Below are positions 10,125 to 19,273 of a stretch of 62,126 bases of DNA, piece after piece. The translations under genes were made by a program, and so were the position numbers. The notes beneath the pieces were generated by a model that saw only the letters and a list, made by a program, of their open reading frames with translations, had not been told where the DNA came from and made no database searches. This DNA comes from Candidatus Aminicenantes bacterium (GTDB lineage: Bacteria > Acidobacteriota > Aminicenantia > Aminicenantales > Aminicenantaceae), in the NCBI GenBank assembly GCA_021162615.1, contig JAGGYH010000098.1:1-62126 (forward strand), written 5' to 3'. Every line of letters begins with the position of its first letter. Positions within the stretch are counted from its first letter, which is position 1.

Positions 10125-11159
10125 GTGAAAAACATATTTAAGAGACCCAGAAAGCCAAAGCAGTCAGATGGAGAATTTCTGGAAGAAATATATAGGAGGC
10201 TTTTGGGGAGAGAGGTTGACGAGGAAGGAAAAAGATATTACCTTGAATTTCTGGGCAAAAGACATTCAAGGGTCTCGGTCTTACTGAGCATCATAGAGTC
10301 AGAAGAGTTTAAAAACAAAACAGCAAGAGATAACCTCCATCATCTGCTGCTTCCCTCCATTCGAAGCGAGAAGCCCGACCAGTACAAACAAGTAATGGAT
10401 ACACATGCAAAAGAAAAAATATGGGTATTTGAAGTTCGAGAGCCTTCTGATTTTGACTGGCTTGAGAAGAAAATCATTGATAACGGTTATTATGAAAAAC
10501 CAGGCGTATGGAATCTTGAAATCGGGGAGGACCAAAAAATCCTCTCTGAACTCATCTCAACGTTCGATCCTGAATGGGTACTGGATTTAGGGTGTGCGAA
10601 CGGAACCATCATGAAATGCCTTTTTGACAGGGGAATAAAGAGCGAGGGGATAGAAATAAGCAAGCTTTCTCTATCCAAAGCTTTCCCTGAAATAAAGGAA
10701 AACATTCACTTCGGAGAAATCCTGGAAGTCGATCTCGCAAAGAAATACGATTTCATACTCGGACTTGACATATTCGAGCATCTGAATCCCAATAAACTCA
10801 AACAATATATCCAAAAAATTGACACCCTTCTCTCTGAAAACGGGTTCCTTTTCTGCAACATCCCGGCCTTTGGAAACGATGAGGTTTTCGGAGAGATATT
10901 TCCTGTCTATATCAAAGATTGGGAGCAGGACATAAAAGAAAATCAACTTTTTCAAACCGTACACACAGACGATTACGGATATCCGAAAAACGGGCATATC
11001 ATCGGAGCCGGGACCCAATGGTGGGTGAAGCAGTTTGAAGATCAAGGATTCCACCGCCAGAGAAAAAGAGAAAGAGCCCTTCACCGCCAGTACGACAGAG
11101 CCATGGATCAGATATCCATTGCTAGGAAATCCTATTATCTCTTTTCAAAAAAACCTTGA
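10125..11159 (+). CDS. Class I SAM-dependent methyltransferase with N-terminal DUF4214-like helical domain
   Basis: VLDLGCANG motif I, GIEIS, DIFEHL; N-terminal FLEEIYRRLLGREVDEEG...SEEF. Confidence 0.75.
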   Translation: MKNIFKRPRKPKQSDGEFLEEIYRRLLGREVDEEGKRYYLEFLGKRHSRVSVLLSIIESEEFKNKTARDNLHHLLLPSIRSEKPDQYKQVMDTHAKEKIWVFEVREPSDFDWLEKKIIDNGYYEKPGVWNLEIGEDQKILSELISTFDPEWVLDLGCANGTIMKCLFDRGIKSEGIEISKLSLSKAFPEIKENIHFGEILEVDLAKKYDFILGLDIFEHLNPNKLKQYIQKIDTLLSENGFLFCNIPAFGNDEVFGEIFPVYIKDWEQDIKENQLFQTVHTDDYGYPKNGHIIGAGTQWWVKQFEDQGFHRQRKRERALHRQYDRAMDQISIARKSYYLFSKKP

Positions 11160-11211
11160 AAAAAGTCCATCCATTCAGAATAAATTGAATTGCTTACATG
11201 AAATTCATTTT

Positions 11212-12600
11212 TTATTTATGGAATTTCTTTATAAATTCCTCAACTTCAGGAACCCCTCCCTGGTAAACCAAGTATCCGTTATAAGGCTCCCTTTCCGTTA
11301 TCTCATCGTTTATGGGATCAAGCATCATTTCCTTTACCTTCTCCGGATCATCTGTCTGGGCCAGGACCCATCCCAGTTTGATATAAGCCACTTCAGGAAG
11401 CATGTTCTCTGCCGGAACAATACCTTTGGCCATCAAATCTCTCCCGGTGTCATACACATACATGTGCACATAGCCCCAGAGAGTCTGTACTGTCATAAAA
11501 ATGTGCACACCCTTTTTTACTGCTCTTTCTATAGCAGGATAAACCGGCTTGTTCACATGTCCCAGACCTGTTCCCGCGATCACGATTCCTTTATATCCAT
11601 TGTCTACCAAAGAATCAATCATATCCGGCTGCATATTGGGATAATAATAGATCAAGGTGACTCTTTCTTCAAAATAAGGAAATACCCGGCATTTCTTGTC
11701 TTTTCTCCTGGGATTGTATTTCTTCTTAATGAGTTCCACACTGTTTCTTGTGACTTTGGCGACCGGGACATCCCCAATAGTCCGGAAAGTGGAACGATAG
11801 GAAGAATGCATCTTCCTCACGCGTGTCCCCCTGTGAAGAAAACCATATTCGTCTGATGTGGGCCCGAACATACACACCAATACTTCGGCAATATCCGAAT
11901 GACCTGCCGCATAGGAAGCATGCATCAGGTTCAAGGCTGCATCTGAGCTGGGTCTGTCCGAAGACCTTTGAGAACCCACCAGAATAACCGGTACAGGCAA
12001 ATCCTGTACCATAAAAGTCAAAGCAGCGGCTGTATGATGGAGTGTATCTGTTCCATGACCGATAATGATTCCGTCTGTTCCTTTCTGGATTTCCTTTTGG
12101 ATGGCCTTAGCCAGAACCTTATACTGCATAGGACCCATGTTTTCACTGAAAACTCCGAACAATTTTTCAGTGGTGATATTGCATATATCAGCAAGCTCGG
12201 GAACAGCTCCGTAAAGCTCCCCGGGAGAAAAAGCAGGGATCACAGCCCCTGTCCTGTAATCCAGTCTGGAAGCTATGGTTCCTCCTGTCCCGAACAGTTT
12301 GACATTGGGTTTGTCATCCGAATAGGGAAACTTCTTCTCTGGAATATGATATTGGGCTTTTTTATAACCTAATTCTTCAATATCATTTACCGTATCTATG
12401 TCAATCCCTATGTTGTAGCCGGTGGCTATTTTAAGAACGATGTGTTTGTCATCATCATTTTCGGCCCTGGGAAGGATGGTCCCTTCAAACAATCCCCTCG
12501 TGGTATCCACTTTGACCTTTCCCCAGACTCTGGCATTGAATTTTTTCAGCAGGTTCAATGCTTTTCCTTTATAACCCTGAAACAAATCTTTATCACTCAC
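11212..12600 (-). CDS. gatD: Glu-tRNA(Gln) amidotransferase subunit D (glutaminase)
   Basis: N-terminal IVLKIATGYNIGI domain; GTGGTIASRLDYRTGAV, HGTDT, GSQRSSDRPSSD, RKMHSS. GTG start at 12600 overlaps the gatE stop. Confidence 0.92.
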   Translation of the reverse strand: MSDKDLFQGYKGKALNLLKKFNARVWGKVKVDTTRGLFEGTILPRAENDDDKHIVLKIATGYNIGIDIDTVNDIEELGYKKAQYHIPEKKFPYSDDKPNVKLFGTGGTIASRLDYRTGAVIPAFSPGELYGAVPELADICNITTEKLFGVFSENMGPMQYKVLAKAIQKEIQKGTDGIIIGHGTDTLHHTAAALTFMVQDLPVPVILVGSQRSSDRPSSDAALNLMHASYAAGHSDIAEVLVCMFGPTSDEYGFLHRGTRVRKMHSSYRSTFRTIGDVPVAKVTRNSVELIKKKYNPRRKDKKCRVFPYFEERVTLIYYYPNMQPDMIDSLVDNGYKGIVIAGTGLGHVNKPVYPAIERAVKKGVHIFMTVQTLWGYVHMYVYDTGRDLMAKGIVPAENMLPEVAYIKLGWVLAQTDDPEKVKEMMLDPINDEITEREPYNGYLVYQGGVPEVEEFIKKFHK

Positions 12601-14581
12601 TGTTCTCAACCTCTTCTCTGACTTTCCGTCTGAGCTCGGAAAGAGGGATGTTCCCTAAAGCTATGCGCCTCAGTTTGCCCATAACCCAATCAATCGCTGC
12701 CTTTTCCCGGTTATTTATCCTTTTATAAGGAGAGAAACCCTCTAAAACTAAAGGGATCCGGGCCAAAATATCTTCTTTTTTCCTTTTCCTGTATCCCCAT
12801 CTATCCAAAAGATGATTGAAATACTGCCGGGGACGGGAATAGAGCACGGGAATCATTTCCTCAGCCAATTCGAATTCAATGGAATTGTCATGGAGAAATT
12901 TCAGTAAATGATAGATTTTTTCATACGTAAATCCAGTTGAAATCTGGTTCTGTCCCTGGACATGTTTCAACATATGGCCGAAAAGAGTTCCCACATAGGT
13001 TGGATCTATCTCCAGGTCGTTTATTATTTTCTCCATAACAGGGACCAGATTGTTTCTTAAGAGATAGATAAACGTATCCTCGGGTATATCCCATTTTCTT
13101 AACTGGTCTATTCTCTTTGAAACATCCACAGGAAGTCTTTTTCTTATTTTTTCTATGTAATCTTCCTTTAAGGGAATAGGGGATGAATCTGTATCCGGAT
13201 ACATGCGGTCAGGCCCGGGCAGAACCCGTTCGAATACAGTTGTACCGTCTTCGAACGATTTCCGGCTCTCCCTGGGTACTCCCTCAAAAGCCATGTGGCA
13301 TCGTTCCTCAATGGTCTCAAGGGCTGTAGGGATATCTTGTTCGGGGCCCCAGATAACCATTTGGGCATCATCCGGCCTTGAGTTTAAAATCTTTCGAATC
13401 CTCTTCCATTGGTTATCAGATATATCTTTTCTTATCTGTTCTGAATGAGCCAGATGGGGCTTTTCTATACACGCAATCACTTTTATCCGGCCGCTCAACT
13501 CATCCGCAAACATCTGACCGGGCTGTGTGAAATGGGACAGGATCCCTTTGAATGAAGGGAGATTGACCGCCTTTATTTCAAAATCATTCTTAACCGCATC
13601 TTTCAAGACATGTGACTTGAATCGAAACGCTTTGGGATTGATGGATTTTGACTGTATCTTCCATTTTTTTATTTGCTTCACTCTTTTTCGGAGCTTGTCT
13701 CTTATATGCAGAAGGGCCCACTGCCTGAAAGCTTCGTTATGCGTCAGCTCTGGAATCCATTTGTTATGAGAGACCCCTTTTATTTCATTGCGGCTTCCTC
13801 CCCTGCAGCTCACATTGACATCCTCTCTTCCAGACCCTATTCCTGTTCTTACTTTCCCTGTGCTCCGGTTTAAAAAGCGGATATACTCGGCTCCTTCCCT
13901 TACCTCATCAGGATTTGCAAAATCCGGATAGGTCACAGTCTCAATTAGGGGCATCCCCAATCTGTCAGTCTGGTATTTCCTCACATGCCCTCTATCCGAT
14001 ATTTCACGGCAGGAATCTTCCTCCAGGCTGAGCTGGATCAGCCTGATTTTTTTGTTCCTCAGCTGGATCTCCCCTTCCACCCCTAAAATAGCGGTCCTTT
14101 GGAATCCGGTGGGAATGCTTCCATCCAAATACTGTTTCCTGATGATATGGACTTCTCCCACGATATTCAGTTTGCATAAAAGTGAGATCTCCAATGCGAT
14201 ATCCAGAGCTTCCCTGTTGAGCGGAAAAGGAGGTGTGTCGTCTATGTCATATGTGCAGGCAGTCTCATTCTTTATTCTGTATACGATCTGTTTTCTGGTC
14301 TTAAACTCCATCAAGGCTGTACCGTCATACTCTCCCAGCTCACTCAGAGTGGGCCGCATATGTCTGATGATCTCCGCATCATATTCCCCTTTGGGATTAT
14401 AAAGTCCGGCCGGACAGTTACAGAACAACTTTTTCTTGGTTTTCAACTGCTGATGGACTTCAAGACCGGATTTAAAGCCGATCCGGTCATAGTCTTTTTG
14501 AGTGGCCCGCCGAAGGGAAACATAACCGATCTCTTGTTTTGTATTATTATAGTTATTCTCAGGATCAAATTCTTCAGTCAT
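12593..14581 (-). CDS. gatE: Glu-tRNA(Gln) amidotransferase subunit E
   Basis: GLEVHQQL, KLFCNCP, RPTLSELGE, DGSIPTGFQRT, LEEDSCR, DRLGMPLIE, RVLPGPDRMYPDTD. Central insertion is typical of GatE rather than GatB. Confidence 0.92.
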   Translation of the reverse strand: MTEEFDPENNYNNTKQEIGYVSLRRATQKDYDRIGFKSGLEVHQQLKTKKKLFCNCPAGLYNPKGEYDAEIIRHMRPTLSELGEYDGTALMEFKTRKQIVYRIKNETACTYDIDDTPPFPLNREALDIALEISLLCKLNIVGEVHIIRKQYLDGSIPTGFQRTAILGVEGEIQLRNKKIRLIQLSLEEDSCREISDRGHVRKYQTDRLGMPLIETVTYPDFANPDEVREGAEYIRFLNRSTGKVRTGIGSGREDVNVSCRGGSRNEIKGVSHNKWIPELTHNEAFRQWALLHIRDKLRKRVKQIKKWKIQSKSINPKAFRFKSHVLKDAVKNDFEIKAVNLPSFKGILSHFTQPGQMFADELSGRIKVIACIEKPHLAHSEQIRKDISDNQWKRIRKILNSRPDDAQMVIWGPEQDIPTALETIEERCHMAFEGVPRESRKSFEDGTTVFERVLPGPDRMYPDTDSSPIPLKEDYIEKIRKRLPVDVSKRIDQLRKWDIPEDTFIYLLRNNLVPVMEKIINDLEIDPTYVGTLFGHMLKHVQGQNQISTGFTYEKIYHLLKFLHDNSIEFELAEEMIPVLYSRPRQYFNHLLDRWGYRKRKKEDILARIPLVLEGFSPYKRINNREKAAIDWVMGKLRRIALGNIPLSELRRKVREEVENSE

Positions 14582-14623
14582 CAAACATACCTATTATAGA
14601 ACTAATTATTCTATCAGAATTAA

Positions 14624-15227
14624 CCTGACCTATTCATTAAAAAAATGGCGATAAGCATTTCTTTGTTTTGCTTCCAAGGATATACATGCTTTTTACAAAA
14701 AAGACAAATGAAATATTTTTGTTTGTTTTCACTTTCATTTTAATCATCATTTTTTTTCCATTAAGGCGAGCCGATATGAAATTCAGGTGTGGCCTTTGCT
14801 CCCTTCAGATTTTTAACGCCATTCTTCGCACTGTGTTCTCGGCTGCTGCGTAACTCCCCCCGTCCGTGGGTGATCCTGGTAATTCATAAAATATGGTTGC
14901 GTTTCCAACACATTTACCATGATCGGCTCTCTTATCATTCTTAATTCATTAAGAACATACTTCTTACGTTAGTACATGTAATAATTTTACTTTATGCAAC
15001 CATATTTTACCTTCATAGGCGAGCCCATCTTACAGCATCTGCTTTGTTTAAGGGTATTTGCGGTGAAGGACCACAGCTTCATACCCTGCGCCTCGCATCT
15101 GCAGCAACCTCGACTTGTGAATAACCAGGATCGACTTCATGCATCCGAAGGCTGAATCTTCAATGTCGCTACGTCCACACCTGAATTTCATAAGGTTTTT
15201 ACAGCCTCGACTCGTGAATAAGCCAGG
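14624..15227 (+). mobile_element. Nested composite repeat A[B[A]]
   Basis: Outer A ends 14624/15227, element B 14784-15183, inner divergent A 14875-15129 (255 bp). Confidence 0.75.
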
Positions 15228-15265
15228 TTGAATAATTTTCCAAGTCACATTAAACTGAGCTTGGC

Positions 15266-15724
15266 TTATATATAGAAAAGAACCAGGACTTCCGCAACTA
15301 AGGCTGGTTTGTCCTCCCCTTCTATCTCGACCGTATTTTGAACAGAGGCCAGAACTCGGCGGAATCCTCTTTTCTCAACTCTTGCAAGAAAAGCCCTGTT
15401 TCTTATCCGGGACCCGGGTCCGACCGGATGGATGAATCTGACTTTATTCATCCCGTAATTAACCATCATCTTACAGTCATATGAAAATATTTCGCTTTTC
15501 CGACTCAAATAAGGTATGAGGGAGAGCACTAAAAAACCATGAGCCACAGTTCCACCCAAGGGGCTTTTTTCTGCCTTTTTGATATCCACATGGATCCACT
15601 GCCTGTCTTCCGTGCATTCTGCAAAGTCATTGATACGGTCCTGGGTTATCTCAAACCAATCTGAAAGGCAGACTTCTTTTCCTCTATATTTTTTAAGCTT
15701 TTTTAGTGTTAATTTCTCGCTCAT
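15266..15724 (-). CDS. MaoC/NodN-family hot-dog dehydratase
   Basis: FAECTEDRQWIHVD, VAHGFL, NYGMNKVRF. Confidence 0.88.
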   Translation of the reverse strand: MSEKLTLKKLKKYRGKEVCLSDWFEITQDRINDFAECTEDRQWIHVDIKKAEKSPLGGTVAHGFLVLSLIPYLSRKSEIFSYDCKMMVNYGMNKVRFIHPVGPGSRIRNRAFLARVEKRGFRRVLASVQNTVEIEGEDKPALVAEVLVLFYI

Positions 15725-15869
15725 TGTTTATTCTCTTTTCTTCGATACACACGATCCTTTTTAAGAATAATTACTTGAACTTCAAAATCTGAATCATGTA
15801 TACTCGGCGTAAGAATTTTGTTATACAGAAATCATACTAAACTGGGCCATGACTAACAAGACCAAATGT

Positions 15870-16013
15870 CCTGACCTGTTCATAAAAAAACGGCGATGTT
15901 CATTTTTTTACCTTACAGGCAAGCCGACATGAAATTCAGATATGGCCTGTGCTCCCTTCAGATTTTTAACGCCATTCTACTTCGTTTTTCTCGGCGCTTG
16001 CGTAACTCCCCCC
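15870..16013 (+). repeat. Truncated A+B composite repeat overlapping the dctP 5' end
   Basis: CCTGACCTGTTCATAAAAAAACGGCGAT, then the same A/B junction as 14765-14790, then the B left half. Confidence 0.75.
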
Positions 16014-16981
16014 TCACCTTGGTTCTTTTCTTCTCCCTTATTTTTCTCCTATTTACAGGATGCTGCCAAAAAAAAAGCCACAGGATCCTTAAACTCGCCC
16101 ATGTTCTGGATACCAGTCATCCCGTTCATAAAGCCATGGCTTTTATGGCTGAACAAGTTGAGGAAAAATCAAATGGAAGATTGACCATAAAAATATATCC
16201 GAGCGGACAGTTAGGTCAAGAACGTGAACTGATAGAGCTTTTACAAATCGGAAGCCTGGCAATGGCTAAAGTATCCACAGCTCCTCTCGAATCCTTCGTT
16301 CCTGAGATAAAAATCCTTGGCATCCCCTATGTTTTTAGGGATGATACACACAGATGGAATGTTTTGAAAAGCGATATCGGCAGATCCCTGCTTCTTTCAG
16401 GAGAGGAATGTTTTCTCCGCGGCTTGTGCTTTTATGATGCGGGAAGCCGAAGTTTTTATACCAAAAAAATCCCTATACATTCCCCGAAAGACCTCAAAGG
16501 TCTGAAAATCAGAGTCATGAAAAGTGTGACATCTGTCAACATGGTCAAAGCTCTGGGAGGCTCTCCTACCCCTATTTCATGGGGTGAACTATACACCGCT
16601 CTCCAACAGGGGGTTGTCGACGGAGCGGAAAACAATCCACCCAGTTTCTTTCTCTCCCACCACTATGAAGTCTGTCAGTTTTACACCCTGGACGAACACA
16701 CCTCGGTTCCGGACATACTCTTGATAAGCACTGCAGTATGGGACCATCTCACCCCTCAAGAACGGACATGGCTGCAGCAGGCCGCTGATGAATCCGTGGA
16801 TTTCCAGAGAAAACTTTGGGATAAAGCCTGCCAGGAAGCTCTTCAAGAAGTCAAAAAAGCAGGGGTCACGATCATATATCCTGATAAAGCGGCTTTCATC
16901 CGGTCCGCAGAAAAGCTACATGATTCGTATAGAGGTACTCAAATCTTTGAACTGATAAATAAAATAAAGGAGATGGAATAA
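15896..16981 (+). CDS. dctP: TRAP transporter solute-binding protein DctP (start uncertain)
   Basis: IYPSGQLG, DLKGLKIRV, ELYTALQQGVVDGAENN; lipobox-like FTGC. Confidence 0.88.
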   Translation: MFIFLPYRQADMKFRYGLCSLQIFNAILLRFSRRLRNSPLTLVLFFSLIFLLFTGCCQKKSHRILKLAHVLDTSHPVHKAMAFMAEQVEEKSNGRLTIKIYPSGQLGQERELIELLQIGSLAMAKVSTAPLESFVPEIKILGIPYVFRDDTHRWNVLKSDIGRSLLLSGEECFLRGLCFYDAGSRSFYTKKIPIHSPKDLKGLKIRVMKSVTSVNMVKALGGSPTPISWGELYTALQQGVVDGAENNPPSFFLSHHYEVCQFYTLDEHTSVPDILLISTAVWDHLTPQERTWLQQAADESVDFQRKLWDKACQEALQEVKKAGVTIIYPDKAAFIRSAEKLHDSYRGTQIFELINKIKEME

Positions 16982-17006
16982 AAAAATTTACAAAAAGAAT
17001 CCGCAC

Positions 17007-17528
17007 ATGCCAAATTTTATTCAGAAAATAAACAGAATCACCGGCGCTCTTGTTTCCCTCTTAATGGGCCTTATGGTCCTGGATGTCAGCTGGCAGGTAT
17101 TTACCAGATTTATTATAAGGAAACCGAGTCCTTTTTCTGAAGAAGTGGCGGGTTTTTTTCTCATATGGGTCAGCATACTGGGAGCAGCCTACGCCTTTTA
17201 TAAAAAAGCCCATTTGGGAATAGACATTTTATCATCTAAGCTAAAGGGACTGAAAAGACAGATTCTGGAAGTCATTGTAAATCTTATCATCCTTGGTTTT
17301 GCTCTCTTTATAATGGTTGCGGGAGGCATGAAATTGGTCATCCTGGCCTTTAAATTAAATCAGATATCACCGGCCGTAGGGATACCGATGGGGTATGTTT
17401 ACTCCGTTATACCTGTTTCAGGAGTCCTGATCATCCTCTATTCCATAGGATTCATCACAGCTTCCATTAAAGATAAAGACAAAGCCATCCTGTCACACAG
17501 AGACAAAAAAGATGAACTGCCTCTTTAA
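17007..17528 (+). CDS. dctQ: TRAP transporter small permease DctQ
   Basis: QVFTRF, SEEVA, HLGID; four TM helices; lies between dctP and dctM. Confidence 0.88.
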   Translation: MPNFIQKINRITGALVSLLMGLMVLDVSWQVFTRFIIRKPSPFSEEVAGFFLIWVSILGAAYAFYKKAHLGIDILSSKLKGLKRQILEVIVNLIILGFALFIMVAGGMKLVILAFKLNQISPAVGIPMGYVYSVIPVSGVLIILYSIGFITASIKDKDKAILSHRDKKDELPL

Positions 17529-17554
17529 ATTTTTTAAATCGGGGAAATGAATTC

Positions 17555-18853
17555 ATGGAGATCTCTGTTATCATACTCACTTTCAGTTTCATAATCCTCC
17601 TTGCACTCAATGTCCCCATTGCTGTGAGCATCGCTCTTTCAACTATACTGACCATGCTGTTTACAATAAATCCGGTCCCTGCCCTCACTACCGTAGCCCA
17701 GCAGATGACCAGCGGAATCAACCGGTTTGCACTCATAGCCATACCTTTTTTTATACTATCCGGACAGTTTATGGGAAGAGGGGGTATTGCCCGACGCCTC
17801 ATTGACTTTGCCAAAGCTGTGGTAGGGATGTTCCCGGGGGGCCTTGCCTATGTAAATGTCCTCGCATGCATGCTTTTTGGCTCCCTATCCGGTTCTGCTG
17901 TCGCAGCCACATCAGCAATAGGCGGTTTCATGGTCCCTGTCATGAATAAAGAAGGATATGATAAAAATTTCAATACGGCGCTCACAGTAACGGCCTCAAC
18001 AACCGGTCTTCTTATTCCTCCCAGCAATGTTCTTATTGTCTATTCCCTTGCAAGCGGGGGGATTTCTATAGCTGCTCTTTTTGTTGCCGGATATCTTCCG
18101 GGAATTCTGGTAGGCTTAGGCCTGATGGCGGCTTGTTCTGTGATAGCTGTTATAAAAAAATTCCCGGTCGGGAACAGAGAAAAATTCTTTACAGCCCTAA
18201 AAAAATTCTGTTCAGCCGTTCCAAGCCTTCTGCTGGTCATTATTGTCATCGGAGGTATTATAACCGGCATCTTCACAGCAACTGAAGCCAGCGCTGTGGC
18301 CGTTATTTATTCTTTTATCCTTTCAGTCCTTATATACAAAGAAATCCGCATTCCGGAGATCCCCCGTATCCTTCTGAAAACAGCAGAGACCACCGCTGTG
18401 GTCATGCTATTGATCGGAACCTCAAGAGCCATGTCCTGGATCCTGTCCTATGAAAATATCCCCCAGAATATAAGTTCTGGCCTGACAGGGATAACAAATA
18501 ACAGATTCATCATCCTGATGATGATAAATCTGATGCTTCTTATTGTGGGCACGTTCATGGACATCACTCCGGCTGTGCTTATCTTCACTCCTATTCTCCT
18601 TCCTGTTGTGACCGGTCTCGGCATGAGCCCCCTTCACTTTGGAATCATGCTTGTGTTTAATCTCTGTATAGGGCTCTGCACACCACCAGTCGGTTCTGTC
18701 TTGTTCGTGGGATGCGGGATAGGGCAGACCACAATAACCAAAGTCACAAAATCCCTTCTTCCCTTTTATGCGGTGATGGTCGCTGCACTCATGCTGATCA
18801 CTTATTTTTCATGGTTCAGCGAATGGCTGCCTAAGCTACTCGGCCTCTATTAA
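17555..18853 (+). CDS. dctM: TRAP transporter large permease DctM
   Basis: AIPFFIL, SGSAVA, LIPPS, TATEA, TPPVG motifs. Confidence 0.92.
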   Translation: MEISVIILTFSFIILLALNVPIAVSIALSTILTMLFTINPVPALTTVAQQMTSGINRFALIAIPFFILSGQFMGRGGIARRLIDFAKAVVGMFPGGLAYVNVLACMLFGSLSGSAVAATSAIGGFMVPVMNKEGYDKNFNTALTVTASTTGLLIPPSNVLIVYSLASGGISIAALFVAGYLPGILVGLGLMAACSVIAVIKKFPVGNREKFFTALKKFCSAVPSLLLVIIVIGGIITGIFTATEASAVAVIYSFILSVLIYKEIRIPEIPRILLKTAETTAVVMLLIGTSRAMSWILSYENIPQNISSGLTGITNNRFIILMMINLMLLIVGTFMDITPAVLIFTPILLPVVTGLGMSPLHFGIMLVFNLCIGLCTPPVGSVLFVGCGIGQTTITKVTKSLLPFYAVMVAALMLITYFSWFSEWLPKLLGLY

Positions 18854-18917
18854 GATAATTAATCCAAGCACTAAGCTAGGAGATTGATATTTCAATTTTA
18901 AAATGCGTCTAAAAATA

Positions 18918-19228
18918 CAGGCACGGTTGAAGCGACATTGAAGATTTAGCCTTCGAATGCAGGAAGTCGATCCTGGTTATTCACGAGTCGAGGCTATGAA
19001 AGGGAAGAAGGGCATGGGATGAGGAATCCACTATGAGGGCTGAGCGGGCATGGTTCCTCTTTAGAGGAGAGCGAAGCCCGAATGGGAGTGAGATCCCACG
19101 CTGGGGGATCGAACGGGTGACGAATCCCTTTCCCATTCCCTCCTAACATTTATAGGGAGTTACGCAGCAGCCGAGAAAAACGAAGAAGAATAGCGTTAAA
19201 AATCTGAAGGGAGCACAAACTGTGCCTG
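18918..19228 (-). mobile_element. Element B variant carrying an A end and a GC-rich insert
   Basis: Ends TACAGGCACGGTT...AACTGTGCCTGTA. Both arms match the 56525-56699 copy in reverse orientation. Confidence 0.72.
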
Positions 19229-19273
19229 TAGTTTATACACTCCTCTACAAAATTAATGATTTATCTTATGGAA

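Noticed and set aside
11035-11856. 273-aa + strand ORF
   Set aside because: Antisense shadow of gatD with no recognisable motifs.
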